Positions 9,719-21,558 of a stretch of DNA of 64,000 bases are shown one piece after another. This DNA is from a bacterium (GTDB lineage: Bacteria; Bacillota_I; Bacilli_A; RF39; UBA660). A program made the position numbers and the translations under genes. The stretch lies in assembly GCA_022779465.1 (NCBI GenBank), contig JALFTB010000035.1, forward strand, positions 382 through 64,381. The letters are read 5' to 3'. Numbering within the stretch: the first letter of the stretch is position 1; every line of letters starts with the position of its first letter. The notes beneath the pieces were generated by a model. That model did no database searches and was not told the origin of the DNA. It worked only from the letters and a program-made list of their open reading frames with translations.

Positions 9719-9765
9719 CACGGGAAAAATATAACACAATTTTAATTAAAAGTAAAATAAAAGAG

Positions 9766-10836
9766 TTAATATATTTTTTGGGATATTAACTCTTTATTAT
9801 TAATTATTCTTGTATTTTCAGGATCTAATTTTAAGGCTTTTTTAGACCATTTAAGAGATGTTTTGTAATTACCTAAGTAATATTCACAAACACTTAATAA
9901 ATCTTCTACAGTGCCATTATAACAAGCTGGATCATTAATATATGACTTATTGTTATTATTTTGATTTAAACACATAAGTAAATAAGATTTAGAAGCTTCA
10001 TAATTATTCATAAGATAGTATACATAAGCTGTTTCAAAATAAGGTTCTCTTTTAGTAGAACATTCACTTATGGATCTTAAAGCATGTTTTAAAGCTTCAG
10101 GTAAATTATTAAGCATTGTGTAACATCTTGATATAAATCTTTCAGAAGCACATCTTTCTTCATCCCAAGTACTTGTAGGCATTGATAAATGTTTTTTTAA
10201 AGTAGTAATGGCATCGTCATATTTACCATAAAACATATATTCTCTGCCTAGATAATGCATGTTACGGTCGTTGTTGGGTTCTTCTTTAACAGCTAGTTCC
10301 AGAAGTGGTAAATAGCTTGATCTAGACTTTGTACTATCAGGATAATGTTTTAATGTTATTTCATCTAAGGTTACAATTTTTTCACCATTAAGTGAGCATT
10401 TTAATACTTCATGTACTGGATTTACCCATGTGTAACCTTTTCTGGTATGAATTTTTTCTTGATAGAAGTTAACAGCAGGATTGCCGTACTTGTCAAAAGA
10501 CCATATGTAGTTGTAACGACAACGATTAGCATTTTTGAATTTTTCTTCAAGAACTTGGCGCCAACCTGGAGCAAATATTTCGTCTATATCTGTACAGACA
10601 CAAATATCAACATCGTCTGGAACCATATCTAATGATTTATTTCTGGCTTCATCAAATCGCCATGGTTTAATTATTTCTTGTTTAACATGGACATTTAGTT
10701 TTTGAAGTAATTCAACAGTATCATCGGTAGAACCGGTATCTAAGACATAGATATCATCTGCTTCTTTCATGGAGTTATACCAACGATCTATAAATTTAGA
10801 TTCATTTTTGGTAATAGCGTATACTATTATTTTCAT
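9766..10836 (-). CDS. Family-2 glycosyltransferase with a C-terminal TPR-like domain
   Basis: 356 aa. N-terminal GT-A fold signature (IVYAITKNE...LDTGSTDDT...CTDIDE, a DxD motif). The C-terminal half is a helical repeat with TPR-like Y/A/L spacing. Confidence 0.75.
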   Translation of the reverse strand: MKIIVYAITKNESKFIDRWYNSMKEADDIYVLDTGSTDDTVELLQKLNVHVKQEIIKPWRFDEARNKSLDMVPDDVDICVCTDIDEIFAPGWRQVLEEKFKNANRCRYNYIWSFDKYGNPAVNFYQEKIHTRKGYTWVNPVHEVLKCSLNGEKIVTLDEITLKHYPDSTKSRSSYLPLLELAVKEEPNNDRNMHYLGREYMFYGKYDDAITTLKKHLSMPTSTWDEERCASERFISRCYTMLNNLPEALKHALRSISECSTKREPYFETAYVYYLMNNYEASKSYLLMCLNQNNNNKSYINDPACYNGTVEDLLSVCEYYLGNYKTSLKWSKKALKLDPENTRIINNKELISQKIY

Positions 10837-10842
10837 TTATTT

Positions 10843-11535
<693 letters not shown>

Positions 11536-11604
11536 AATTTCACCTCTATATATTTTATGTTTCTTTGTGTATAAATGTGAAAAAAAAGATACGATTGTAT
11601 CCTT

Positions 11605-12486
11605 TTAAATTTCTTTTATATATTTATATGCATTTATTGCAGCACTGGCACCTTCACTAGCAGCAGTTATTATTTGATATATTTCTTTTTTAGTATTATC
11701 GCCGCAGGCATATAATCCTTTGATGGATGTTTCTTGATGTTCATCAACTAATATGTAACCTTTATCATTTGTTATTCCTAAATTTTTAACAAAATGAGTA
11801 CTTGGACCATAATCATTATTTACAAATAATCCATCTATATTTAAAGTTGTATCTTTTAATTTTATTTCTGAGATTTTTTCATTTCCAATTATTTCATTTA
11901 TGTTTTGGTTAAAAAATATTTCAATATTTTCTAAATTATTAACTTTATCAACTAGTTCTTTTGGTCCGATTAATTGTTCTTTGTTAGATATTAAGTATAA
12001 TTTTTTTACTAATCCAGATAAGTAGATTGCATCTTCTAATCCTCTAGGGTTTGAACTATATAGTGCAACTGTTTTATCTTTATATAGACTGCCATCACAT
12101 AAAACACAATAACTTACTCCTGGAAGATTTTCATTTGGTATGTTTAATTTTTGTGGTCCTCTTCCGGTAGCAATTATTACTGCTTTAGATTTATATGTAT
12201 TATTTGATGTTTCAATAACTTTGATATTGTCTTCTATTGTTATATTCTGTACTTCTTCATTTACCATAGGTATTTTTAAATCTTTAAATTGTTTATAAAA
12301 TTGCATAGCTAAATCTGAACCATTAATATGTTCATAACCTAGGTAGTTTTCCACTTCTTTTATATTATGAAGCGTACCTCCAGGCATACCTCTTTCAATA
12401 ACTAAAACATTTAAATTACTTCTTTTGGCATATATGCAAGCATTTATACCAGCTGGTCCTAATCCTATTATAATTAAATCGTACAT
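11605..12486 (-). CDS. Thioredoxin-reductase-like flavoprotein lacking the NADPH-binding motifs
   Basis: 293 aa. FAD GxGxxG (IIIGLGPAG), redox CxxC (CVLCDG) and C-terminal GD motif (GLYACGD) are present. The second GxGxxA is replaced by ALYSSNPRG, and HRRxxxR by ISNKEQL. Confidence 0.8.
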   Translation of the reverse strand: MYDLIIIGLGPAGINACIYAKRSNLNVLVIERGMPGGTLHNIKEVENYLGYEHINGSDLAMQFYKQFKDLKIPMVNEEVQNITIEDNIKVIETSNNTYKSKAVIIATGRGPQKLNIPNENLPGVSYCVLCDGSLYKDKTVALYSSNPRGLEDAIYLSGLVKKLYLISNKEQLIGPKELVDKVNNLENIEIFFNQNINEIIGNEKISEIKLKDTTLNIDGLFVNNDYGPSTHFVKNLGITNDKGYILVDEHQETSIKGLYACGDNTKKEIYQIITAASEGASAAINAYKYIKEI

Positions 12487-12496
12487 TTTTTATCTC

Positions 12497-13312
12497 CTAA
12501 TATCTTATTTTGTCCATATTGTTGCTGTCATTATATAAATCTTCGAATTTACTTTTTCTTTTATTTATCATAAGCATAATAATACCTATAACTATCATTG
12601 TAATTGAAACAATTTGTGCTACTTTAAATCCTGCTAACATTAAGGCATCAGTTCTGCTTGTTTCAATAAAGAATCTTATTGTTCCATAACCAACTAAATA
12701 TAAAGCTGTCATGGTACCTACTTTTCTATAAGGTCCTCTTCTAATGATTAGAAAAGCTATAAATAGAATAAAGCAGGCTATTGATTCGTATAAAAATGTT
12801 GGTGTGTAATATATACCTTCAATTTTCATTCCTTTGATAATAAATTCTGGGATATGTAAACTTTGTAAATGTTCTAAAGTGGTTGCAGCTCCGTGGGCTT
12901 CTCCATTAAAGAAGTTGCCCCATCTACCAATGGCTTGACCTAATAATAGTGGTACACATATAAAGTCGGTAAATCTAATGGTTCTAGCTCCATATCTTTT
13001 AGTATAGAAAAAGATTGTTAATAAGCCACCTATTAAACCACCATGGATAGCAAGACCACCTTTCCATACTTGAAGAATTTCAGTTATGTTTTGAGAATAA
13101 TAATTCCAATTAAAGATTACATAGTATAATCTGGCACATAAAAATCCAAAGATTATTGCCCAAAAGCTCATATTAAAAATAAATTCTGATTTTACATTAA
13201 ATCTATTTGCTTCTTTTTTTATTAAGTATAGGCATGATACTACTGCTACTAGCATTAATAATGAGTACCATCTAAGTTCAAATTTACCTATTGTGAAAAT
13301 TATAGGATTCAT
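12497..13312 (-). CDS. lgt: Prolipoprotein diacylglyceryl transferase
   Basis: 271 aa polytopic membrane protein with Lgt motifs (RWYSLLML, GGLAIHGG, GRWGNFFNGE). Confidence 0.93.
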   Translation of the reverse strand: MNPIIFTIGKFELRWYSLLMLVAVVSCLYLIKKEANRFNVKSEFIFNMSFWAIIFGFLCARLYYVIFNWNYYSQNITEILQVWKGGLAIHGGLIGGLLTIFFYTKRYGARTIRFTDFICVPLLLGQAIGRWGNFFNGEAHGAATTLEHLQSLHIPEFIIKGMKIEGIYYTPTFLYESIACFILFIAFLIIRRGPYRKVGTMTALYLVGYGTIRFFIETSRTDALMLAGFKVAQIVSITMIVIGIIMLMINKRKSKFEDLYNDSNNMDKIRY

Positions 13313-13710
13313 CTGTTACCTACTATTGTTTTTGTAATAATTGAATCTAATAAAATATTAGCAAATGAAATAAATATTGAAATAAAGAATGGAACAAACC
13401 AACCTTCTACTACAAAAGCAGATCCCATTATTAATGATGCTAGTTTTAATATTATGACATTATTAATTGGATATAATAAACCTAATGACATAACTGTTAT
13501 TGGTAATGATAGTAATTTAAATAATGGTTTAACGGTACTATTTAATATCATTATTACGATTGATGTTATGATGGCATACCCAAATGAGCTAATATAGAAT
13601 CCTTTGAATATTTTTGATGCTAATACTAACACAGCAGAATTAATTAACAGAGTTAAGATCCATTCTACTAATGCATACTTTATACTTTTTTGTTCACTAT
13701 AAATTATCAT
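13309..13710 (-). CDS. YvlD / phage-holin-family-4-like membrane protein
   Basis: 133 aa with four TM segments. The LSLPITVMSLGLLYPINNVIILKLAS core resembles the holin_4_2 (YvlD) family. Confidence 0.65.
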   Translation of the reverse strand: MIIYSEQKSIKYALVEWILTLLINSAVLVLASKIFKGFYISSFGYAIITSIVIMILNSTVKPLFKLLSLPITVMSLGLLYPINNVIILKLASLIMGSAFVVEGWFVPFFISIFISFANILLDSIITKTIVGNR

Positions 13711-13777
13711 TTAATCACCTATTTAATTATATAATTATTTTTTATGTTTATCAATTCATATAGTTTTGATATGTAAA

Positions 13778-16585
13778 CTACTTTAGTTTATCAATTAGGT
13801 ATTGGCCGGTATATGAATCTTTATTTTTGGCTACTTGTTCTGGAGTTCCAGTTGCGATTACTTTTCCACCATCATCACCACCATTTGGGCCTAAATCAAC
13901 AATGTAGTCTGCACATTTAATAACGTCTAAGTTGTGTTCAATTATTATAACTGTATCGCCATTATCTACTATTCTTTGAAGAATTACTAATAGTTTTTTG
14001 ATATCGTCGGTATGTAGGCCGGTAGTTGGTTCGTCTAAAATAAAGACACTTTTTCCAGTTGGTTTCTTTTGTAATTCTTTTGCTAATTTTACTCTGGCTG
14101 CTTCTCCACCTGATAGAGTTGGAGCACTTTGACCTAATTTAATATATGATAAGCCGACATCAACCATTGTTTGTAATTTATTTTTAATTTTAGGGCTCGC
14201 ATTAAAGAATTCTAAAGCTTCGGAAACTCTCATATCTAATACTTCAGATATGTTTTTACCTTTATATTTTACTTCTAGAGTTTCGGAATTGTATCTTGTT
14301 CCGTGGCATACGTCACATGGGACATAAACATCTGGTAAGAAGTGCATTTCTATTTTCTTTACGCCATCTCCCCAACATGCTTCACATCTTCCACCTTTAA
14401 CATTAAATGAGAATCTTCCTTTATCATAACCTTTAATTTTTGATTCTTTCATTTCGGCAAATAAATCTCTGATGTCATCAAAAACTCCAACATAAGTGGC
14501 GGGATTACTTCTAGGGGTTCTTCCAATTGGATCTTGAGATATATCAACAACTTTATCGATATCATCAATACCTTTTATTTCTTTATGTTTGCCGGGAACT
14601 ACCATAGTACCATATACTTTGCTTCTTAAGGCTTTTAAAAGTATTTCATTTACTAAAGTACTTTTACCGGAACCTGATACACCAGTTACTAATGTCATTG
14701 TTCCAAGAGGTATTTTTACATTAATATTTTTTAGGTTGTTTTCTTTGGCACCTTTTATTTCAATGTAATTTCCGTTGCCTTTTCGACGTTTTTTTGGCAC
14801 TTCAATTTTTAGTTCTCCGCTTAAATATTTTCCGGTTAAACTATTTGGATTTTTCATTACTTCTTCTGGAGTTCCTTTAGCTACAATGTATCCTCCTTCT
14901 GACCCCGGACCCGGTCCGACATCTACTAGGAAATCAGCAGCTCTCATTGTATCTTCATCGTGTTCTACTACGATTAGGGTATTACCAAGATCTCGCATTT
15001 CTTTTAAAGAGTTAATTAATCTATCATTATCTTTTTGATGTAGTCCGATACTTGGTTCATCAAGAACGTATAAAACTCCGGTTAATTTACTACCTATTTG
15101 AGTAGCTAATCTTATTCTTTGAGATTCACCACCTGATAAGGTAGATGCTTCACGTGATAATGTTAAATAACCTAATCCAACGTTATTTAAGAAACTTAAT
15201 CTATTTTTTATTTCTTTTACAATTAGATTGCTTATTTGTTCTTGTTCCTTAGTTAGTTTTAGATTTTCCATAAATTCGGATAGTTCTTTAATTGAATAAT
15301 TACAAACTTCAAAAATATTTTTATGATTTATTTTAACGGCAAGAACGTTGTCATTTAGTCTAGCTCCATGACATTTTGGACATGCTTGATCAACCATAAA
15401 TGTTCCAAGCCAATCTCTTATCCACTTACTATTGGTTTCTATATATCTTCTTTCATAGTTGTTAACTATTCCTTCATATGTATCTTTAACATATCTTTTG
15501 TTACCATTTTTACTTACATATTCATAGTCTAAAACTTTATTGGTTCCATATAGAATTATATTTAATTCTTCTTTAGCAAAATCTTTTATTTTTTTAGTTA
15601 AATCTATATTAAAGTAATCACAAACTGTTTCTAATTGAGTTAATGCCATATTTTGATCAATGCTGAATCCTTTAATTCCACCTTCGAGGATGGTTTTATT
15701 TTTATCTGGTATTAGAAGATCTAAACTTAAATGTTGTTTAATTCCTAAACCTTTACATTCGGGACAAGCACCATATGGAGCATTGAATGAGAATAGTCTT
15801 GGTTCTAATTCTGGTAGAGAGAAATTACATTCGGGACAAGCATAGTGTTCGCTCATGATAAATTCTTCACCATCGATAATATGAATTAATACTTTTCCAT
15901 CAGCCATTTTTGTGCTTATTTCGATAGCTTCAAAGATACGGCTTCTTTCATCTGGTGATACAACAATACGGTCGATTACAACATATATATTGTCTTTTTT
16001 ATTTTTTTCTAATTTTATTTCTTCAGATAAGTCTCTTAATTCACCATTTACTCTAACTCTTGTAAAACCCTTTTTTCTTAAATCGTCAAATAAATCTTGA
16101 TGAGTTCCTTTTTCACCATGTACTACTGGAGATAGAATTTCAATTTTTGTACCTTCGCCTAATTCAAGAACTTTATTAACCATTTCTTCAATACTTTGAC
16201 TTTTGATTGGTTTATGATGAATTGGACAATATGGTGTTCCAATTCTGGCAAATAATAATCTTAGATAATCATATATTTCTGTTACTGTTCCAACAGTTGA
16301 TCTAGGATTGTTATTTGTTGTTTTTTGATCAATAGATATACTTGGGCTTAAACCTTCAATTGAATCTACATCTGGTTTATCAGAACCACCTAAAAATTGA
16401 CGAGCGTATGCACTAAGTGATTCAATGTATCTTCTTTCACCTTCGGCATATATAGTATCAAATGCTAAACTACTTTTGCCTGAACCTGATACTCCTGTCA
16501 TTACAACTAATTTATTTTTAGGAATTTCCAAATCTATATTTTTTAAATTATTTTCTCTTGCACCTTTAATAATTATTTTATCCAT
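13778..16585 (-). CDS. uvrA: Excinuclease ABC subunit A
   Basis: 935 aa with two ABC modules (GVSGSGKSS and GVSGSGKST) and zinc-finger Cys clusters. Confidence 0.97.
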   Translation of the reverse strand: MDKIIIKGARENNLKNIDLEIPKNKLVVMTGVSGSGKSSLAFDTIYAEGERRYIESLSAYARQFLGGSDKPDVDSIEGLSPSISIDQKTTNNNPRSTVGTVTEIYDYLRLLFARIGTPYCPIHHKPIKSQSIEEMVNKVLELGEGTKIEILSPVVHGEKGTHQDLFDDLRKKGFTRVRVNGELRDLSEEIKLEKNKKDNIYVVIDRIVVSPDERSRIFEAIEISTKMADGKVLIHIIDGEEFIMSEHYACPECNFSLPELEPRLFSFNAPYGACPECKGLGIKQHLSLDLLIPDKNKTILEGGIKGFSIDQNMALTQLETVCDYFNIDLTKKIKDFAKEELNIILYGTNKVLDYEYVSKNGNKRYVKDTYEGIVNNYERRYIETNSKWIRDWLGTFMVDQACPKCHGARLNDNVLAVKINHKNIFEVCNYSIKELSEFMENLKLTKEQEQISNLIVKEIKNRLSFLNNVGLGYLTLSREASTLSGGESQRIRLATQIGSKLTGVLYVLDEPSIGLHQKDNDRLINSLKEMRDLGNTLIVVEHDEDTMRAADFLVDVGPGPGSEGGYIVAKGTPEEVMKNPNSLTGKYLSGELKIEVPKKRRKGNGNYIEIKGAKENNLKNINVKIPLGTMTLVTGVSGSGKSTLVNEILLKALRSKVYGTMVVPGKHKEIKGIDDIDKVVDISQDPIGRTPRSNPATYVGVFDDIRDLFAEMKESKIKGYDKGRFSFNVKGGRCEACWGDGVKKIEMHFLPDVYVPCDVCHGTRYNSETLEVKYKGKNISEVLDMRVSEALEFFNASPKIKNKLQTMVDVGLSYIKLGQSAPTLSGGEAARVKLAKELQKKPTGKSVFILDEPTTGLHTDDIKKLLVILQRIVDNGDTVIIIEHNLDVIKCADYIVDLGPNGGDDGGKVIATGTPEQVAKNKDSYTGQYLIDKLK

Positions 16586-16636
16586 GATTATTACTCCTTT
16601 GCATTAGTATTTTACCACAGATTTTTAAAATTATAT

Positions 16637-16661
16637 AAAAAAAGAATGATTACTCATTCTT
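16637..16661 (-). terminator. Rho-independent terminator
   Basis: Stem AAGAATGA / TCATTCTT followed by a U-run on the minus strand. It overlaps the stop of the upstream ORF. Confidence 0.6.
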
Positions 16662-17343
16662 AATTACCAAATACTATATATTCTGCATCTATTTCAGGTT
16701 CATTTCCATTAATTGCAGTATATTCGCCATAAACTGTAATTAAATCACCTTTCATAAATCCTTGACTATAATCTTTGTCTCTAAAGTTTACTTGAATAAT
16801 TTGTTCGGTACCATTTTCAAATAAATTAGCATTTAAACTAATTGTCATTTCATTTCCATAACCATCATCAATTCCACTTACGCTTACAACAGTTCCAATA
16901 ATTTTAATTTTTTGATTTTTATAATCCTTTGGTACTCTTATTAAGTTTTCATAAGAAACTAACTTACAACTTGTTTTGTATTCTTCTTCATTTGATGTGT
17001 TAATCATGTATTTATCAACAAAATAACCAGCAATTATAAATAATAAAAATACTAGTCCGAATACGATGGCAATTGTTAAACCAAAACTATTATTAGTTTG
17101 TCTTTTACGGCAATGTGGACAGATTGTTAATCCTTTATCAAAATAATTATGACAATGAATGCACATTTGACCACTAACTACTGCTACTTCATTGGGATTC
17201 ATTTCTGGTTTATCTTTTTCTAAATTTACAGTTTCATTTAATGAAATTGGTGTTTTTTCTTTTTTAGGAGCTGCTTTCTTTTTTGTTTCTTTTTTAGGTT
17301 CTCCTGATTTTTTTGTAACTTTTTTCTTTTCTTCTTTTTCCAT
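16660..17343 (-). CDS. Hypothetical zinc-ribbon, single-TM protein with a Lys-rich N-terminus
   Basis: CIHC...CPHC zinc ribbon, one TM segment (LTIAIVFGLVFLLFIIAGYF), and an extracytoplasmic beta-rich domain. Start set to ATG at 17343, 8 nt after AAGGAG. Confidence 0.5.
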   Translation of the reverse strand: MEKEEKKKVTKKSGEPKKETKKKAAPKKEKTPISLNETVNLEKDKPEMNPNEVAVVSGQMCIHCHNYFDKGLTICPHCRKRQTNNSFGLTIAIVFGLVFLLFIIAGYFVDKYMINTSNEEEYKTSCKLVSYENLIRVPKDYKNQKIKIIGTVVSVSGIDDGYGNEMTISLNANLFENGTEQIIQVNFRDKDYSQGFMKGDLITVYGEYTAINGNEPEIDAEYIVFGN

Positions 17344-17412
17344 GAATAACACTCCTTTATTCCTGTTTAAATTATATTATATTTGAAAGAATAATTCAAT
17401 TACTAATTTTAT

Positions 17413-18387
17413 TTATTCTAATGATGTTAAATAATCGTCGAGAATTTTAAAGACTTCTTCACTATTTTTAGTTTGGCATATTTCATTTTTAATACTCGCA
17501 CTTTTTGGTAATCCTTTTATATACCAAAGTGCATGGGTTCTTATTTCTAAGGTTGCTATTTTTTCATTTGATGATTCTAATAGTAATTTATAATGTCTTT
17601 TTAACATATTTATTTTTTCTTTAGGAGTTACTTCTTCTGGCAATTTACCACTTTCTAGATATTCGACACATTCTTTAATTAGCCAAGGATTTCCTAATAC
17701 TCCTCTACCTATCATGACAGCATCACATCCTGTGTAATCAAGCATTTCTTTAGCTAAGTAGCAAGATGTAACGTCACCATTACCGATTACGGGTATATTA
17801 ACTGCTTCTTTAACTTTTTTAATAATATTCCAATCTGCTTTACCGCTATAGCCTTGACTTCTAGTTCTACCATGAACGGTTATAGCTTTGGCGCCAGCTT
17901 TCTCTACTCTTTTAGCTACTTCAACAGCATTAATATTGTTTTCATCCCAGCCACTTCTTATTTTGACTGTTACTGGTACAGAAACACTTTTTACAACTGC
18001 TGATACGATTTCTTCAATTAAATCTGGATTTTTTAGTAAAGCACTTCCTGCCTGGCTTTTTATTGCAACTTTTGGCACAGGACAACCCATATTTATATCA
18101 ATAATATCTGGATGCATTTGTTCTTCGACAAGTTTAGCTGCGGCTACAAATGACTCGATGTCACTACCAAATATTTGCTGGGCAATTGGTCTTTCTTTTT
18201 CATCCATTTTTAGTAAATCTAAGGTTTTTTGATTGCCGAAAACAATAGCTTTATCAGAAACCATTTCGGCGTAAATTAGACCTGCTCCCATTTCTTTAAT
18301 AATTTGTCTATAGGCAGTGTTACTAATACCAGCCATTGGAGCTAAAACTATTTGATTTTTAATTTCAACATTTCCTATTTTCCACAT
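17413..18387 (-). CDS. dusB: tRNA-dihydrouridine synthase
   Basis: 324 aa. LAPMAG...INMGCP...HGRTR motifs of the Dus family. Confidence 0.9.
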   Translation of the reverse strand: MWKIGNVEIKNQIVLAPMAGISNTAYRQIIKEMGAGLIYAEMVSDKAIVFGNQKTLDLLKMDEKERPIAQQIFGSDIESFVAAAKLVEEQMHPDIIDINMGCPVPKVAIKSQAGSALLKNPDLIEEIVSAVVKSVSVPVTVKIRSGWDENNINAVEVAKRVEKAGAKAITVHGRTRSQGYSGKADWNIIKKVKEAVNIPVIGNGDVTSCYLAKEMLDYTGCDAVMIGRGVLGNPWLIKECVEYLESGKLPEEVTPKEKINMLKRHYKLLLESSNEKIATLEIRTHALWYIKGLPKSASIKNEICQTKNSEEVFKILDDYLTSLE

Positions 18388-18947
18388 TTTTTAAATTCTA
18401 CCTCATCATTTTGATGTAAATCAAATTCTACTTCTTCATCTGTATCAATGTGAATTTCAACATAAGCAGGATCTGATATTTTGATTAATGCATCAAATAT
18501 TAATTTATCATTTTGATAAATATTTACTATTTCTTTGTTGACTAAATCTAATTTTTTAGCTGTTTCTGGGTCCATATGAATGTGTCTTTCTGCTAGAATT
18601 AATCCACTATCTAGATTTACTTCTCCACAAGGACCAACAAGAGTTATAGATAAACTGTTTTCTAAATCTCCACTTTGTCTTCTTGGAGGATTTACTCCAA
18701 AATAATCGGCTTCAGTTTGAGATATTTCTATTTGATTATATGGTCTTATAGGACCTACTACTCTTACATGATTTATTATTTTATCTCCTAATTTTAAATC
18801 AACTGTACTTGTACTAGCAAATTGACCTGGTTGATTTAAAGGATTTCTTTCTTCTAAATGATCTGTATTAAATAATTTTAAACATGTTTCTTTAGTTATA
18901 TGAACATGTCTTTTACTTACTCCAACTGGTATAATCATTTTTATCAC
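18375..18947 (-). CDS. pduL: Phosphate propanoyl/acetyl-transferase, PduL type
   Basis: 190 aa with duplicated PduL motifs (GVSKRHVHIT and ERHIHMDPE). No microcompartment genes are nearby. Confidence 0.8.
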   Translation of the reverse strand: MIKMIIPVGVSKRHVHITKETCLKLFNTDHLEERNPLNQPGQFASTSTVDLKLGDKIINHVRVVGPIRPYNQIEISQTEADYFGVNPPRRQSGDLENSLSITLVGPCGEVNLDSGLILAERHIHMDPETAKKLDLVNKEIVNIYQNDKLIFDALIKISDPAYVEIHIDTDEEVEFDLHQNDEVEFKKCGK

Positions 18948-18972
18948 CCATTTGATTATAACATAATATTTC

Positions 18973-20841
18973 TTATCTTAAAATATCAGTTATTTTCTTT
19001 TTTGATGCAATTATTGATGGAATATAACCACTTATTTTACTTATAATAAAACTTACAATAAAGATGATAATTATTGTTTTAATATTTATGGTTATTAAAG
19101 AAGTTAATCCAATCTTTGCATTTATAATAGGATTTATGATTTTTGAAAGTATATATAGATTTAATAATGAAATGATAGTTGAGATGAAACCTATTAAAAT
19201 ATTTTCAAATATAAAGATGCGTTTAATATCTTTATTTCTAGTTCCTAAGGTTTTTAAGATACCAATTTCTTGTTTTCTTTCAATCACTTCGATATATGAC
19301 ATAATATTCATCATAATTATAGTAATAGTGAAAGCTGATATACTAAAGATTATTAAAACATAAGTTATTATTTTTATTATGCGGTTAATGATATCGGTTA
19401 TTTCCTGAGCTTCATCAACGATTTGATACTTATTTAACACTTTTTTTATTTTTTCTTTGCCTTCTCTAGTTTTAGGATATATTGAGATAGATTCTATTTT
19501 AGTGTTAATAAGTTCTGGGTTATACACAATTCCATTTTGAGAAGATAGATATTCATTATTACTTTTTACGATTGCAGTTATTTTTACTTCTAAAGAATTT
19601 ATTAAAATTTTTTTGTTTAAATAATCGTTATAGTTGGTGCCATGAATGTTTAAAGAATTTTGTAATTCTTCATCTATCGAATTATTATTATCAAGTAAAA
19701 GCATTACTTCATTGTTATTTTGAGGATATGTTCCTTTTATTATTTTAAAGAGATTATTAGAAGGATTAGAGATTAATAAATTATTGTTTTCAGTCATTTT
19801 TGAATAAGAAATACCTAAATATGTATTTTTATCTAATGATTTTAAAGTATCAATTAATTTATTATCGATGTTATTTTTTATTGTATATTTATTTATGTTT
19901 ATTTCGGTTGTATTTTGAGTTTGATTTTTTAAATTATATTTATCATAGGAATATGAACTTATTATTAAAGGATAAGTATAATAATTGTTTTGATTTAGGT
20001 TGTTTATTTCTTTGTTTAATCCTTGATTTATACTTAGAATTAAAGATAAGAAAAAAGTACTGATACTGAAAGCTAGTATTTTTAAAATATTTCGGCCCAA
20101 TTTACTTTGAATGTTATTTATACATATTTTGATTATTTCTTTGTATTTCAATTTTAGTTTATGAGGTTTTAGATGATAATTATAAATTTTATGACATGGA
20201 TTATTGTCTGATTTGATTTTTCCATCTTTTATTTCAATTATTCTGGTAGCATATTTTTCAGCTAATTCTTGATTATGAGTTACTACTATGACTAATTTAT
20301 GTTTGGATAAGTCTTTTAAAATTTTCATTATCTTTTCACTATTAAATGTATCTAAAGCTCCGGTTGGTTCATCTGCTAAAATAATTTTTGTATTAGTTAG
20401 AATCGTTCTGGCGATAGCAACTCGTTGTTTTTCACCACCACTTAAGTATTTTACTTTTTTAGTTATTATTTTATCTATGTTTAATTTAGTAATTAACTTA
20501 GTTAATCTTTTAGAATATATTTTTTTATTTGTTAACTTTAGTGGCAATTCTATATTGTCTTTTAGACTTAGATTTTTTATTAAATTATAATCTTGAAAGA
20601 TATAGCTTATTATTTGATTGTGGTATTGCTGACTACTAATATTTTTAATGTTAGTTTTTCCTAAGTAAATATTTCCCGTAGTTGGCGTATCATTGTTGCC
20701 AATTAAATTTAATAAAGTAGTTTTTCCACTTCCTGATTGACCTAAAATACATACTAATTCATGAGGTCTAAAGTTTATAGTTATGTTATTTAATATTTTA
20801 TTATTATTTATAGTTTTAGTTATATTGTCTATTCTTATCAT
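18973..20841 (-). CDS. Fused ABC transporter: ATPase plus FtsX/MacB-like permease
   Basis: 622 aa. The N-terminus carries Walker A GQSGSGKTT, signature LSGGEKQR and Walker B ILADEPTGALD. The C-terminal half has a large extracytoplasmic loop plus TM helices typical of FtsX-type permeases. Confidence 0.8.
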   Translation of the reverse strand: MIRIDNITKTINNNKILNNITINFRPHELVCILGQSGSGKTTLLNLIGNNDTPTTGNIYLGKTNIKNISSQQYHNQIISYIFQDYNLIKNLSLKDNIELPLKLTNKKIYSKRLTKLITKLNIDKIITKKVKYLSGGEKQRVAIARTILTNTKIILADEPTGALDTFNSEKIMKILKDLSKHKLVIVVTHNQELAEKYATRIIEIKDGKIKSDNNPCHKIYNYHLKPHKLKLKYKEIIKICINNIQSKLGRNILKILAFSISTFFLSLILSINQGLNKEINNLNQNNYYTYPLIISSYSYDKYNLKNQTQNTTEININKYTIKNNIDNKLIDTLKSLDKNTYLGISYSKMTENNNLLISNPSNNLFKIIKGTYPQNNNEVMLLLDNNNSIDEELQNSLNIHGTNYNDYLNKKILINSLEVKITAIVKSNNEYLSSQNGIVYNPELINTKIESISIYPKTREGKEKIKKVLNKYQIVDEAQEITDIINRIIKIITYVLIIFSISAFTITIIMMNIMSYIEVIERKQEIGILKTLGTRNKDIKRIFIFENILIGFISTIISLLNLYILSKIINPIINAKIGLTSLITINIKTIIIIFIVSFIISKISGYIPSIIASKKKITDILR

Positions 20842-20889
20842 TTTACTTCCTTTAATAGTTATATTAACTAAAACTTTTTGATTTCCTTT

Positions 20890-20917
20890 AAAAAAAGATA
20901 ACTTTTTTAGTTATCTT
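20890..20917 (-). terminator. Rho-independent terminator
   Basis: Stem AGATAAC / GTTATCT followed by a U-run on the minus strand, directly after the 20918 stop. Confidence 0.6.
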
Positions 20918-21547
20918 CTATTTAAAAAATATTATTTTAGCAAGTACAGCAATTATAAGTAGTATTCCTAGAACTGATAAAACTACTTTACCTTTGTCAT
21001 CTAATTTCTTTATTTTTATTCTATAAATAAATGATATTCCTACTATTATAAAGAATATTGATGAAATTATAGGGAAATGTTCAAACTTATTAAAGAAACA
21101 AATTAGATAAACAATAGGATAAATAATTGATATTGTTGTTATTGGAGCACCAATAAAATACCCTTTTTCACTTTTATTACAAATATCTAATGTGTTAAAG
21201 TAGGCAAGTCTTATCATTCCACATAGGGAATAGAAAATCATAGCTACCCAAGCTAGATAACAGTTTTTTGGTAAACATGTTACTGTTAATACTATTGGAA
21301 ATACTCCAAATGAAATTAAATCTGATAGTGAATCTAATTGAACTCCATAAACATTTTGTTCTTTAGTAGATTCTCTTCTTCTTGCTAATTTTCCATCAAA
21401 TGCATCACAAATTCCAGAAAGAATTAAGCAAAAGATTGGTAATAATTTATTTCCATTAATGGCAAAAACAATTCCTAATAGTGCCATTGATGTTCCTGTC
21501 ATTGTAAGAAAATCACAATCACGATAGTATCCGATAATTTTTTTCAT
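20918..21547 (-). CDS. CDP-alcohol phosphatidyltransferase (PssA-like)
   Basis: 209 aa. Motif DAFDGKLARR...G-x3-D-x3-D (GVQLDSLSDLISFGVFP) resembles phosphatidylserine-synthase-type enzymes. Confidence 0.75.
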   Translation of the reverse strand: MKKIIGYYRDCDFLTMTGTSMALLGIVFAINGNKLLPIFCLILSGICDAFDGKLARRRESTKEQNVYGVQLDSLSDLISFGVFPIVLTVTCLPKNCYLAWVAMIFYSLCGMIRLAYFNTLDICNKSEKGYFIGAPITTISIIYPIVYLICFFNKFEHFPIISSIFFIIVGISFIYRIKIKKLDDKGKVVLSVLGILLIIAVLAKIIFFK

Positions 21548-21558
21548 ATTTTCACTCC

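Noticed and set aside
18973-20841. The fused ABC/FtsX transporter read as a bacteriocin or antimicrobial-peptide resistance module.
   Set aside because: No adjacent two-component system, bacteriocin precursor or immunity gene supports that. It is kept as a generic MacB-like transporter.
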